NCBI GenBank assembly: GCA_977862235.1
Contig: OZ374558.1
Coordinates: 1,798,001-1,862,000 of the forward strand
Source: Dudresnaya verticillata
Taxonomy: Eukaryota
Direction of reading: 5' to 3'
DNA: 64,000 bases
The position numbers were made by a program, and so were the translations under genes. The notes below the pieces were generated by a model. The model was not told the origin of the DNA. It did not search any database and worked only from the letters and a program-made list of their open reading frames with translations. Below are positions 1 through 15,000 of the stretch, piece after piece; the stretch's first letter is position 1; each line of letters opens with the position of its first letter.

Positions 1-3000
1 TCGTTCCTTCCTCCTGAATTCTGTAACAGAGTGTTTGCCAATCGTGGAATGGGCCTGGTTGATCCTCCGAACCTGCTGGAGATCCCTACAAAACCTAAAT
101 AAAGCTCTACTAATATCAACGCAATGTGGCTGAGCAAGCTGTTAAAGAGTCCACCCTTCCGCTGCCGAAACACCCCCGACCACTGATGGGCTTCCTACTG
201 CCATGATGAACACAAAAGAATAAAGCTGTGCTACTTGAGTGAGTGCGTTGGGCCACAGCCCCGCGCTACTGGCGTCAACTGATCAGTCTATTCTCAAGAT
301 ATCTACGATTTCCGGCGGGGAATTCGGCTGCAGATGCCGAAACACATACACCCAAAGCTTTGGTTGAGTACATTCTAATATCACTACGCTTTGCACAATT
401 TTGGTAGCGTCACCAAGGCGATGAAGCACACATCTCGGGTTCTCTATGTGAGGTTTCGTCACTTCTCCGGTGTCACAAAATGGAACCGGCAAAATATGTT
501 TGCAATGTTGTGGAGTGAGCGTCTAGCTACCAAACTGCTGTGTATGCAAGAGCACTCTGTGTTGACTGGTACGCCTTAAACCTGCACGCGGTTCGTTCCC
601 AAGGAATGCCAAACTCTGGTATCAGCACATTCGACAGCTCAAGAGCCAGGGCCCTTATGCGATGCGAGGGGTTCATACTGTTATACTCTCACGCTGCGCG
701 TAGCTTATGAGGCCTTCCGTGATCAGTCAAGACTCACATGGTCTCATCTTTTGTAGCACGTCAATGCATTGTTCATGTGGACAGTTTTCAAATGGACATT
801 GTTCACATGGAAATAGGGGCAGGGCTTCTACCATCCAAATACACCGCTAATATTGGAATCCCATTGTTCCATCTCTTTCAAGATTGCATAGTCCTATCCA
901 TCTCATCGACCTCAGCGACCTGAAGAACGTAAATATTGTGTTGCATCGATTAGAGGTCCTCGTTTCAATATTATTTCAATTCGTGACCCGCTCTGTGCAC
1001 ACCCACATACCTCAGGATATAGCCAACTTTCAAACATAGATATTGGATATCACAATACCACTTACTAATACTTTCATGCCCCATTGCGCCGACCACGTGC
1101 CAGGGTGCCAATTGCCAAAGGTCAAACATACAATAGCTGCAGCTGGCGGACGATCTGAGTTAAACAAGGAACGTAACTGCATGACGAACTGGCGACGTTG
1201 CTGTCTCCTGAGCCCTACGCCCACTACGTTCTACGGTTGCGCGAGGATGGCCCCAGCCGGATGAATAGCGATACGCTTCGGGAGTTGCTCTACATCCAAA
1301 TCTTCTAGGATCTAGACCACCTCTGAACCGACGCTGAGAGTCATATGCAGAAACGCGCTCCATGTTGCAGATCGCGCAGATCCCGCACTCGGCCAAGAGA
1401 GCGGAATCTTAAGTATGGCACAACGTGTGAACGCATGACGGCGACGGCGATGTTATATTGAGAATCGAACGGATCCCGTTTTCCGCTTGTGGCACAGTGC
1501 TCTCCGCAATGTTGCAGCGAAGAATGTGCTGCCGGATATCTTTCGAAAACGGAGTAGTTTTGTGGACCTTTCCGGCAGCGTCACAATTTCCTAAGACACG
1601 GCCAAAAGTAAATCAGAAATTCGTCTTGTACCCTGTTCTAGCACATCATGTAAGTTTGGGGACGGTGCAGTGCCGCAAGCTGGAAACATGACGAGCGGCG
1701 CATTGCGTGAGCGAAAATGTGAGCATTGTCGGGACGTGCGAGATGAGACGAGCCTCGCATGACCGCGCCGCCAGTACCTTCGAAGGTACACCGCACCTCA
1801 ACGGGATGCTTTCCTGAGATATGCAAGCCTTGTCGTCCTTATCGCGTTGAAGGCCCACAGTGGCATTCACATGCAGTCCAGTTTTCAACCTGTCTAATAG
1901 GCACTGTCAGGTCGTTCACAGAGCAAGGAGCCACCATGAAGATGGAACAGTGTGTGAGAACGTCGCCCTGCATGATTCAAACCACCCATAGTTCGTGAAA
2001 GAGCACGAGCGTGGCAACGTATAGAAGGAGGGGCGTTGGGCCTTCGCCAAGGTGGTGATGAATCGAACGCTACGCTTTGACTCTACCGCAGAGCCCCAAG
2101 AATATTCTTCGGTATGTTTTTCTGGTGCACGTTGTATTCCAAACGTACCAAAACCCGAACACTGCCGTTCGCATTATCCTTGATAGGAAATCCCGGCGAC
2201 CTGGAGGTGAGCAGGTTGGTTGACACAGCTGAGGATCGAGCAGGTTGAAATGTGTTTCGCTCAAAGAAGACCGGTACAAGCAGCCTTCAAAGACCGGTTT
2301 TGTCCGGGAAGCGGCAGCGGTTCTGGACGGCGTGACCTTTGTTACATATTAAAGGCCGTCCCCTCTTCAACCTTGTACGGTCGGCGTGTAGTGGGTAATA
2401 CAACCACATCTCTATGTCGACGTTGCTCACCGAACGCCTTCTTCATCATTCGAACACCATAGCCGTACAGAGCTTTGCACGAGCCGTCGAAACAGAATTG
2501 CACGGATCGCCTGTCGAAGAATCAAGAACGGCACCTACTTCGAATTCCATTCCTTCTGTCTATATCAACTGAACCTCACTAGTCGACATGAAAGTATCGG
2601 TAACATATGTTTTTCTGATTGCTCTCCATATCTTAATGACGCCGGACAACGGTCTAGTACAGTTAGAGTTAGACTTTCTGCATCGTTCCTTCCTCCTGAA
2701 TTCTGTAACAGAGTGTTTGCCAATCGTGGAATGGGCCTGGTTGATCCTCCGAACCTGCTGGAGATCCCTACAAAACCTAAATAAAGCTCTACTAATATCA
2801 ACGCAATGTGGCTGAGCAAGCTGTTAAAGAGTCCACCCTTCCGCTGCCGAAACACCCCCGACCACTGATGGGCTTCCTACTGCCATGATGAACACAAAAG
2901 AATAAAGCTGTGCTACTTGAGTGAGTGCGTTGGGCCACAGCCCCGCGCTACTGGCGTCAACTGATCAGTCTATTCTCAAGATATCTACGATTTCCGGCGG

Positions 3001-6000
3001 GGAATTCGGCTGCAGATGCCGAAACACATACACCCAAAGCTTTGGTTGAGTACATTCTAATATCACTACGCTTTGCACAATTTTGGTAGCGTCACCAAGG
3101 CGATGAAGCACACATCTCGGGTTCTCTATGTGAGGTTTCGTCACTTCTCCGGTGTCACAAAATGGAACCGGCAAAATATGTTTGCAATGTTGTGGAGTGA
3201 GCGTCTAGCTACCAAACTGCTGTGTATGCAAGAGCACTCTGTGTTGACTGGTACGCCTTAAACCTGCACGCGGTTCGTTCCCAAGGAATGCCAAACTCTG
3301 GTATCAGCACATTCGACAGCTCAAGAGCCAGGGCCCTTATGCGATGCGAGGGGTTCATACTGTTATACTCTCACGCTGCGCGTAGCTTATGAGGCCTTCC
3401 GTGATCAGTCAAGACTCACATGGTCTCATCTTTTGTAGCACGTCAATGCATTGTTCATGTGGACAGTTTTCAAATGGACATTGTTCACATGGAAATAGGG
3501 GCAGGGCTTCTACCATCCAAATACACCGCTAATATTGGAATCCCATTGTTCCATCTCTTTCAAGATTGCATAGTCCTATCCATCTCATCGACCTCAGCGA
3601 CCTGAAGAACGTAAATATTGTGTTGCATCGATTAGAGGTCCTCGTTTCAATATTATTTCAATTCGTGACCCGCTCTGTGCACACCCACATACCTCAGGAT
3701 ATAGCCAACTTTCAAACATAGATATTGGATATCACAATACCACTTACTAATACTTTCATGCCCCATTGCGCCGACCACGTGCCAGGGTGCCAATTGCCAA
3801 AGGTCAAACATACAATAGCTGCAGCTGGCGGACGATCTGAGTTAAACAAGGAACGTAACTGCATGACGAACTGGCGACGTTGCTGTCTCCTGAGCCCTAC
3901 GCCCACTACGTTCTACGGTTGCGCGAGGATGGCCCCAGCCGGATGAATAGCGATACGCTTCGGGAGTTGCTCTACATCCAAATCTTCTAGGATCTAGACC
4001 ACCTCTGAACCGACGCTGAGAGTCATATGCAGAAACGCGCTCCATGTTGCAGATCGCGCAGATCCCGCACTCGGCCAAGAGAGCGGAATCTTAAGTATGG
4101 CACAACGTGTGAACGCATGACGGCGACGGCGATGTTATATTGAGAATCGAACGGATCCCGTTTTCCGCTTGTGGCACAGTGCTCTCCGCAATGTTGCAGC
4201 GAAGAATGTGCTGCCGGATATCTTTCGAAAACGGAGTAGTTTTGTGGACCTTTCCGGCAGCGTCACAATTTCCTAAGACACGGCCAAAAGTAAATCAGAA
4301 ATTCGTCTTGTACCCTGTTCTAGCACATCATGTAAGTTTGGGGACGGTGCAGTGCCGCAAGCTGGAAACATGACGAGCGGCGCATTGCGTGAGCGAAAAT
4401 GTGAGCATTGTCGGGACGTGCGAGATGAGACGAGCCTCGCATGACCGCGCCGCCAGTACCTTCGAAGGTACACCGCACCTCAACGGGATGCTTTCCTGAG
4501 ATATGCAAGCCTTGTCGTCCTTATCGCGTTGAAGGCCCACAGTGGCATTCACATGCAGTCCAGTTTTCAACCTGTCTAATAGGCACTGTCAGGTCGTTCA
4601 CAGAGCAAGGAGCCACCATGAAGATGGAACAGTGTGTGAGAACGTCGCCCTGCATGATTCAAACCACCCATAGTTCGTGAAAGAGCACGAGCGTGGCAAC
4701 GTATAGAAGGAGGGGCGTTGGGCCTTCGCCAAGGTGGTGATGAATCGAACGCTACGCTTTGACTCTACCGCAGAGCCCCAAGAATATTCTTCGGTATGTT
4801 TTTCTGGTGCACGTTGTATTCCAAACGTACCAAAACCCGAACACTGCCGTTCGCATTATCCTTGATAGGAAATCCCGGCGACCTGGAGGTGAGCAGGTTG
4901 GTTGACACAGCTGAGGATCGAGCAGGTTGAAATGTGTTTCGCTCAAAGAAGACCGGTACAAGCAGCCTTCAAAGACCGGTTTTGTCCGGGAAGCGGCAGC
5001 GGTTCTGGACGGCGTGACCTTTGTTACATATTAAAGGCCGTCCCCTCTTCAACCTTGTACGGTCGGCGTGTAGTGGGTAATACAACCACATCTCTATGTC
5101 GACGTTGCTCACCGAACGCCTTCTTCATCATTCGAACACCATAGCCGTACAGAGCTTTGCACGAGCCGTCGAAACAGAATTGCACGGATCGCCTGTCGAA
5201 GAATCAAGAACGGCACCTACTTCGAATTCCATTCCTTCTGTCTATATCAACTGAACCTCACTAGTCGACATGAAAGTATCGGTAACATATGTTTTTCTGA
5301 TTGCTCTCCATATCTTAATGACGCCGGACAACGGTCTAGTACAGTTAGAGTTAGACTTTCTGCATCGTTCCTTCCTCCTGAATTCTGTAACAGAGTGTTT
5401 GCCAATCGTGGAATGGGCCTGGTTGATCCTCCGAACCTGCTGGAGATCCCTACAAAACCTAAATAAAGCTCTACTAATATCAACGCAATGTGGCTGAGCA
5501 AGCTGTTAAAGAGTCCACCCTTCCGCTGCCGAAACACCCCCGACCACTGATGGGCTTCCTACTGCCATGATGAACACAAAAGAATAAAGCTGTGCTACTT
5601 GAGTGAGTGCGTTGGGCCACAGCCCCGCGCTACTGGCGTCAACTGATCAGTCTATTCTCAAGATATCTACGATTTCCGGCGGGGAATTCGGCTGCAGATG
5701 CCGAAACACATACACCCAAAGCTTTGGTTGAGTACATTCTAATATCACTACGCTTTGCACAATTTTGGTAGCGTCACCAAGGCGATGAAGCACACATCTC
5801 GGGTTCTCTATGTGAGGTTTCGTCACTTCTCCGGTGTCACAAAATGGAACCGGCAAAATATGTTTGCAATGTTGTGGAGTGAGCGTCTAGCTACCAAACT
5901 GCTGTGTATGCAAGAGCACTCTGTGTTGACTGGTACGCCTTAAACCTGCACGCGGTTCGTTCCCAAGGAATGCCAAACTCTGGTATCAGCACATTCGACA

Positions 6001-9000
6001 GCTCAAGAGCCAGGGCCCTTATGCGATGCGAGGGGTTCATACTGTTATACTCTCACGCTGCGCGTAGCTTATGAGGCCTTCCGTGATCAGTCAAGACTCA
6101 CATGGTCTCATCTTTTGTAGCACGTCAATGCATTGTTCATGTGGACAGTTTTCAAATGGACATTGTTCACATGGAAATAGGGGCAGGGCTTCTACCATCC
6201 AAATACACCGCTAATATTGGAATCCCATTGTTCCATCTCTTTCAAGATTGCATAGTCCTATCCATCTCATCGACCTCAGCGACCTGAAGAACGTAAATAT
6301 TGTGTTGCATCGATTAGAGGTCCTCGTTTCAATATTATTTCAATTCGTGACCCGCTCTGTGCACACCCACATACCTCAGGATATAGCCAACTTTCAAACA
6401 TAGATATTGGATATCACAATACCACTTACTAATACTTTCATGCCCCATTGCGCCGACCACGTGCCAGGGTGCCAATTGCCAAAGGTCAAACATACAATAG
6501 CTGCAGCTGGCGGACGATCTGAGTTAAACAAGGAACGTAACTGCATGACGAACTGGCGACGTTGCTGTCTCCTGAGCCCTACGCCCACTACGTTCTACGG
6601 TTGCGCGAGGATGGCCCCAGCCGGATGAATAGCGATACGCTTCGGGAGTTGCTCTACATCCAAATCTTCTAGGATCTAGACCACCTCTGAACCGACGCTG
6701 AGAGTCATATGCAGAAACGCGCTCCATGTTGCAGATCGCGCAGATCCCGCACTCGGCCAAGAGAGCGGAATCTTAAGTATGGCACAACGTGTGAACGCAT
6801 GACGGCGACGGCGATGTTATATTGAGAATCGAACGGATCCCGTTTTCCGCTTGTGGCACAGTGCTCTCCGCAATGTTGCAGCGAAGAATGTGCTGCCGGA
6901 TATCTTTCGAAAACGGAGTAGTTTTGTGGACCTTTCCGGCAGCGTCACAATTTCCTAAGACACGGCCAAAAGTAAATCAGAAATTCGTCTTGTACCCTGT
7001 TCTAGCACATCATGTAAGTTTGGGGACGGTGCAGTGCCGCAAGCTGGAAACATGACGAGCGGCGCATTGCGTGAGCGAAAATGTGAGCATTGTCGGGACG
7101 TGCGAGATGAGACGAGCCTCGCATGACCGCGCCGCCAGTACCTTCGAAGGTACACCGCACCTCAACGGGATGCTTTCCTGAGATATGCAAGCCTTGTCGT
7201 CCTTATCGCGTTGAAGGCCCACAGTGGCATTCACATGCAGTCCAGTTTTCAACCTGTCTAATAGGCACTGTCAGGTCGTTCACAGAGCAAGGAGCCACCA
7301 TGAAGATGGAACAGTGTGTGAGAACGTCGCCCTGCATGATTCAAACCACCCATAGTTCGTGAAAGAGCACGAGCGTGGCAACGTATAGAAGGAGGGGCGT
7401 TGGGCCTTCGCCAAGGTGGTGATGAATCGAACGCTACGCTTTGACTCTACCGCAGAGCCCCAAGAATATTCTTCGGTATGTTTTTCTGGTGCACGTTGTA
7501 TTCCAAACGTACCAAAACCCGAACACTGCCGTTCGCATTATCCTTGATAGGAAATCCCGGCGACCTGGAGGTGAGCAGGTTGGTTGACACAGCTGAGGAT
7601 CGAGCAGGTTGAAATGTGTTTCGCTCAAAGAAGACCGGTACAAGCAGCCTTCAAAGACCGGTTTTGTCCGGGAAGCGGCAGCGGTTCTGGACGGCGTGAC
7701 CTTTGTTACATATTAAAGGCCGTCCCCTCTTCAACCTTGTACGGTCGGCGTGTAGTGGGTAATACAACCACATCTCTATGTCGACGTTGCTCACCGAACG
7801 CCTTCTTCATCATTCGAACACCATAGCCGTACAGAGCTTTGCACGAGCCGTCGAAACAGAATTGCACGGATCGCCTGTCGAAGAATCAAGAACGGCACCT
7901 ACTTCGAATTCCATTCCTTCTGTCTATATCAACTGAACCTCACTAGTCGACATGAAAGTATCGGTAACATATGTTTTTCTGATTGCTCTCCATATCTTAA
8001 TGACGCCGGACAACGGTCTAGTACAGTTAGAGTTAGACTTTCTGCATCGTTCCTTCCTCCTGAATTCTGTAACAGAGTGTTTGCCAATCGTGGAATGGGC
8101 CTGGTTGATCCTCCGAACCTGCTGGAGATCCCTACAAAACCTAAATAAAGCTCTACTAATATCAACGCAATGTGGCTGAGCAAGCTGTTAAAGAGTCCAC
8201 CCTTCCGCTGCCGAAACACCCCCGACCACTGATGGGCTTCCTACTGCCATGATGAACACAAAAGAATAAAGCTGTGCTACTTGAGTGAGTGCGTTGGGCC
8301 ACAGCCCCGCGCTACTGGCGTCAACTGATCAGTCTATTCTCAAGATATCTACGATTTCCGGCGGGGAATTCGGCTGCAGATGCCGAAACACATACACCCA
8401 AAGCTTTGGTTGAGTACATTCTAATATCACTACGCTTTGCACAATTTTGGTAGCGTCACCAAGGCGATGAAGCACACATCTCGGGTTCTCTATGTGAGGT
8501 TTCGTCACTTCTCCGGTGTCACAAAATGGAACCGGCAAAATATGTTTGCAATGTTGTGGAGTGAGCGTCTAGCTACCAAACTGCTGTGTATGCAAGAGCA
8601 CTCTGTGTTGACTGGTACGCCTTAAACCTGCACGCGGTTCGTTCCCAAGGAATGCCAAACTCTGGTATCAGCACATTCGACAGCTCAAGAGCCAGGGCCC
8701 TTATGCGATGCGAGGGGTTCATACTGTTATACTCTCACGCTGCGCGTAGCTTATGAGGCCTTCCGTGATCAGTCAAGACTCACATGGTCTCATCTTTTGT
8801 AGCACGTCAATGCATTGTTCATGTGGACAGTTTTCAAATGGACATTGTTCACATGGAAATAGGGGCAGGGCTTCTACCATCCAAATACACCGCTAATATT
8901 GGAATCCCATTGTTCCATCTCTTTCAAGATTGCATAGTCCTATCCATCTCATCGACCTCAGCGACCTGAAGAACGTAAATATTGTGTTGCATCGATTAGA

Positions 9001-12000
9001 GGTCCTCGGTTCAATATTATTTCAATTCGTGACCCGCTCTGTGCACACCCACATACCTCAGGATATAGCCAACTTTCAAACATAGATATTGGATATCACA
9101 ATACCACTTACTAATACTTTCATGCCCCATTGCGCCGACCACGTGCCAGGGTGCCAATTGCCAAAGGTCAAACATACAATAGCTGCAGCTGGCGGACGAT
9201 CTGAGTTAAACAAGGAACGTAACTGCATGACGAACTGGCGACGTTGCTGTCTCCTGCGCCCTACGCCCACTACGTTCTACGGTTGCGCGAGGATGGCCCC
9301 AGCCGGATGAATAGCGATACGCTTCGGGAGTTGCTCTACATCCAAATCTTCTAGGATCTAGACCACCTCTGAACCGACGCTGAGAGTCATATGCAGAAAC
9401 GCGCTCCATGTTGCAGATCGCGCAGATCCCGCACTCGGCCAAGAGAGCGGAATCTTAAGTATGGCACAACGTGTGAACGCATGACGGCGACGGCGATGTT
9501 ATATTGAGAATCGAACGGATCCCGTTTTCCGCTTGTGGCACAGTGCTCTCCGCAATGTTGCAGCGAAGAATGTGCTGCCGGATATCTTTCGAAAACGGAG
9601 TAGTTTTGTGGACCTTTCCGGCAGCGTCACAATTTCCTAAGACACGGCCAAAAGTAAATCAGAAATTCGTCTTGTACCCTGTTCTAGCACATCATGTAAG
9701 TTTGGGGACGGTGCAGTGCCGCAAGCTGGAAACATGACGAGCGGCGCATTGCGTGAGCGAAAATGTGAGCATTGTCGGGACGTGCGAGATGAGACGAGCC
9801 TCGCATGACCGCGCCGCCAGTACCTTCGAAGGTACACCGCACCTCAACGGGATGCTTTCCTGAGATATGCAAGCCTTGTCGTCCTTATCGCGTTGAAGGC
9901 CCACAGTGGCATTCACATGCAGTCCAGTTTTCAACCTGTCTAATAGGCACTGTCAGGTCGTTCACAGAGCAAGGAGCCACCATGAAGATGGAACAGTGTG
10001 TGAGAACGTCGCCCTGCATGATTCAAACCACCCATAGTTCGTGAAAGAGCACGAGCGTGGCAACGTATAGAAGGAGGGGCGTTGGGCCTTCGCCAAGGTG
10101 GTGATGAATCGAACGCTACGCTTTGACTCTACCGCAGAGCCCCAAGAATATTCTTCGGTATGTTTTTCTGGTGCACGTTGTATTCCAAACGTACCAAAAC
10201 CCGAACACTGCCGTTCGCATTATCCTTGATAGGAAATCCCGGCGACCTGGAGGTGAGCAGGTTGGTTGACACAGCTGAGGATCGAGCAGGTTGAAATGTG
10301 TTTCGCTCAAAGAAGACCGGTACAAGCAGCCTTCAAAGACCGGTTTTGTCCGGGAAGCGGCAGCGGTTCTGGACGGCGTGACCTTTGTTACATATTAAAG
10401 GCCGTCCCCTCTTCAACCTTGTACGGTCGGCGTGTAGTGGGTAATACAACCACATCTCTATGTCGACGTTGCTCACCGAACGCCTTCTTCATCATTCGAA
10501 CACCATAGCCGTACAGAGCTTTGCACGAGCCGTCGAAACAGAATTGCACGGATCGCCTGTCGAAGAATCAAGAACGGCACCTACTTCGAATTCCATTCCT
10601 TCTGTCTATATCAACTGAACCTCACTAGTCGACATGAAAGTATCGGTAACATATGTTTTTCTGATTGCTCTCCATATCTTAATGACGCCGGACAACGGTC
10701 TAGTACAGTTAGAGTTAGACTTTCTGCATCGTTCCTTCCTCCTGAATTCTGTAACAGAGTGTTTGCCAATCGTGGAATGGGCCTGGTTGATCCTCCGAAC
10801 CTGCTGGAGATCCCTACAAAACCTAAATAAAGCTCTACTAATATCAACGCAATGTGGCTGAGCAAGCTGTTAAAGAGTCCACCCTTCCGCTGCCGAAACA
10901 CCCCCGACCACTGATGGGCTTCCTACTGCCATGATGAACACAAAAGAATAAAGCTGTGCTACTTGAGTGAGTGCGTTGGGCCACAGCCCCGCGCTACTGG
11001 CGTCAACTGATCAGTCTATTCTCAAGATATCTACGATTTCCGGCGGGGAATTCGGCTGCAGATGCCGAAACACATACACCCAAAGCTTTGGTTGAGTACA
11101 TTCTAATATCACTACGCTTTGCACAATTTTGGTAGCGTCACCAAGGCGATGAAGCACACATCTCGGGTTCTCTATGTGAGGTTTCGTCACTTCTCCGGTG
11201 TCACAAAATGGAACCGGCAAAATATGTTTGCAATGTTGTGGAGTGAGCGTCTAGCTACCAAACTGCTGTGTATGCAAGAGCACTCTGTGTTGACTGGTAC
11301 GCCTTAAACCTGCACGCGGTTCGTTCCCAAGGAATGCCAAACTCTGGTATCAGCACATTCGACAGCTCAAGAGCCAGGGCCCTTATGCGATGCGAGGGGT
11401 TCATACTGTTATACTCTCACGCTGCGCGTAGCTTATGAGGCCTTCCGTGATCAGTCAAGACTCACATGGTCTCATCTTTTGTAGCACGTCAATGCATTGT
11501 TCATGTGGACAGTTTTCAAATGGACATTGTTCACATGGAAATAGGGGCAGGGCTTCTACCATCCAAATACACCGCTAATATTGGAATCCCATTGTTCCAT
11601 CTCTTTCAAGATTGCATAGTCCTATCCATCTCATCGACCTCAGCGACCTGAAGAACGTAAATATTGTGTTGCATCGATTAGAGGTCCTCGTTTCAATATT
11701 ATTTCAATTCGTGACCCGCTCTGTGCACACCCACATACCTCAGGATATAGCCAACTTTCAAACATAGATATTGGATATCACAATACCACTTACTAATACT
11801 TTCATGCCCCATTGCGCCGACCACGTGCCAGGGTGCCAATTGCCAAAGGTCAAACATACAATAGCTGCAGCTGGCGGACGATCTGAGTTAAACAAGGAAC
11901 GTAACTGCATGACGAACTGGCGACGTTGCTGTCTCCTGCGCCCTACGCCCACTACGTTCTACGGTTGCGCGAGGATGGCCCCAGCCGGATGAATAGCGAT

Positions 12001-15000
12001 ACGCTTCGGGAGTTGCTCTACATCCAAATCTTCTAGGATCTAGACCACCTCTGAACCGACGCTGAGAGTCATATGCAGAAACGCGCTCCATGTTGCAGAT
12101 CGCGCAGATCCCGCACTCGGCCAAGAGAGCGGAATCTTAAGTATGGCACAACGTGTGAACGCATGACGGCGACGGCGATGTTATATTGAGAATCGAACGG
12201 ATCCCGTTTTCCGCTTGTGGCACAGTGCTCTCCGCAATGTTGCAGCGAAGAATGTGCTGCCGGATATCTTTCGAAAACGGAGTAGTTTTGTGGACCTTTC
12301 CGGCAGCGTCACAATTTCCTAAGACACGGCCAAAAGTAAATCAGAAATTCGTCTTGTACCCTGTTCTAGCACATCATGTAAGTTTGGGGACGGTGCAGTG
12401 CCGCAAGCTGGAAACATGACGAGCGGCGCATTGCGTGAGCGAAAATGTGAGCATTGTCGGGACGTGCGAGATGAGACGAGCCTCGCATGACCGCGCCGCC
12501 AGTACCTTCGAAGGTACACCGCACCTCAACGGGATGCTTTCCTGAGATATGCAAGCCTTGTCGTCCTTATCGCGTTGAAGGCCCACAGTGGCATTCACAT
12601 GCAGTCCAGTTTTCAACCTGTCTAATAGGCACTGTCAGGTCGTTCACAGAGCAAGGAGCCACCATGAAGATGGAACAGTGTGTGAGAACGTCGCCCTGCA
12701 TGATTCAAACCACCCATAGTTCGTGAAAGAGCACGAGCGTGGCAACGTATAGAAGGAGGGGCGTTGGGCCTTCGCCAAGGTGGTGATGAATCGAACGCTA
12801 CGCTTTGACTCTACCGCAGAGCCCCAAGAATATTCTTCGGTATGTTTTTCTGGTGCACGTTGTATTCCAAACGTACCAAAACCCGAACACTGCCGTTCGC
12901 ATTATCCTTGATAGGAAATCCCGGCGACCTGGAGGTGAGCAGGTTGGTTGACACAGCTGAGGATCGAGCAGGTTGAAATGTGTTTCGCTCAAAGAAGACC
13001 GGTACAAGCAGCCTTCAAAGACCGGTTTTGTCCGGGAAGCGGCAGCGGTTCTGGACGGCGTGACCTTTGTTACATATTAAAGGCCGTCCCCTCTTCAACC
13101 TTGTACGGTCGGCGTGTAGTGGGTAATACAACCACATCTCTATGTCGACGTTGCTCACCGAACGCCTTCTTCATCATTCGAACACCATAGCCGTACAGAG
13201 CTTTGCACGAGCCGTCGAAACAGAATTGCACGGATCGCCTGTCGAAGAATCAAGAACGGCACCTACTTCGAATTCCATTCCTTCTGTCTATATCAACTGA
13301 ACCTCACTAGTCGACATGAAAGTATCGGTAACATATGTTTTTCTGATTGCTCTCCATATCTTAATGACGCCGGACAACGGTCTAGTACAGTTAGAGTTAG
13401 ACTTTCTGCATCGTTCCTTCCTCCTGAATTCTGTAACAGAGTGTTTGCCAATCGTGGAATGGGCCTGGTTGATCCTCCGAACCTGCTGGAGATCCCTACA
13501 AAACCTAAATAAAGCTCTACTAATATCAACGCAATGTGGCTGAGCAAGCTGTTAAAGAGTCCACCCTTCCGCTGCCGAAACACCCCCGACCACTGATGGG
13601 CTTCCTACTGCCATGATGAACACAAAAGAATAAAGCTGTGCTACTTGAGTGAGTGCGTTGGGCCACAGCCCCGCGCTACTGGCGTCAACTGATCAGTCTA
13701 TTCTCAAGATATCTACGATTTCCGGCGGGGAATTCGGCTGCAGATGCCGAAACACATACACCCAAAGCTTTGGTTGAGTACATTCTAATATCACTACGCT
13801 TTGCACAATTTTGGTAGCGTCACCAAGGCGATGAAGCACACATCTCGGGTTCTCTATGTGAGGTTTCGTCACTTCTCCGGTGTCACAAAATGGAACCGGC
13901 AAAATATGTTTGCAATGTTGTGGAGTGAGCGTCTAGCTACCAAACTGCTGTGTATGCAAGAGCACTCTGTGTTGACTGGTACGCCTTAAACCTGCACGCG
14001 GTTCGTTCCCAAGGAATGCCAAACTCTGGTATCAGCACATTCGACAGCTCAAGAGCCAGGGCCCTTATGCGATGCGAGGGGTTCATACTGTTATACTCTC
14101 ACGCTGCGCGTAGCTTATGAGGCCTTCCGTGATCAGTCAAGACTCACATGGTCTCATCTTTTGTAGCACGTCAATGCATTGTTCATGTGGACAGTTTTCA
14201 AATGGACATTGTTCACATGGAAATAGGGGCAGGGCTTCTACCATCCAAATACACCGCTAATATTGGAATCCCATTGTTCCATCTCTTTCAAGATTGCATA
14301 GTCCTATCCATCTCATCGACCTCAGCGACCTGAAGAACGTAAATATTGTGTTGCATCGATTAGAGGTCCTCGGTTCAATATTATTTCAATTCGTGACCCG
14401 CTCTGTGCACACCCACATACCTCAGGATATAGCCAACTTTCAAACATAGATATTGGATATCACAATACCACTTACTAATACTTTCATGCCCCATTGCGCC
14501 GACCACGTGCCAGGGTGCCAATTGCCAAAGGTCAAACATACAATAGCTGCAGCTGGCGGACGATCTGAGTTAAACAAGGAACGTAACTGCATGACGAACT
14601 GGCGACGTTGCTGTCTCCTGCGCCCTACGCCCACTACGTTCTACGGTTGCGCGAGGATGGCCCCAGCCGGATGAATAGCGATACGCTTCGGGAGTTGCTC
14701 TACATCCAAATCTTCTAGGATCTAGACCACCTCTGAACCGACGCTGAGAGTCATATGCAGAAACGCGCTCCATGTTGCAGATCGCGCAGATCCCGCACTC
14801 GGCCAAGAGAGCGGAATCTTAAGTATGGCACAACGTGTGAACGCATGACGGCGACGGCGATGTTATATTGAGAATCGAACGGATCCCGTTTTCCGCTTGT
14901 GGCACAGTGCTCTCCGCAATGTTGCAGCGAAGAATGTGCTGCCGGATATCTTTCGAAAACGGAGTAGTTTTGTGGACCTTTCCGGCAGCGTCACAATTTC

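Noticed and set aside
2450..2505. Minus-strand VQFCFDGSCKALYGYG resembling the RNase HI DGSC motif
   Set aside because: Short match in a frame closed by nearby stops, and no downstream RNase H residues were identifiable.
382..3063. Unit U as a 5S rRNA, snRNA, spliced-leader or tRNA cluster (typical RLE targets)
   Set aside because: I found no recognisable 5S, U1/U2/U6 or tRNA motifs by eye. An Rfam/Infernal search is needed to exclude a divergent RNA.
382..3063. Unit U as a tandem Helitron or TIR transposon
   Set aside because: No TC...CTRR ends with subterminal hairpin at the junction, no terminal inverted repeats, and no Rep/helicase or transposase motifs.
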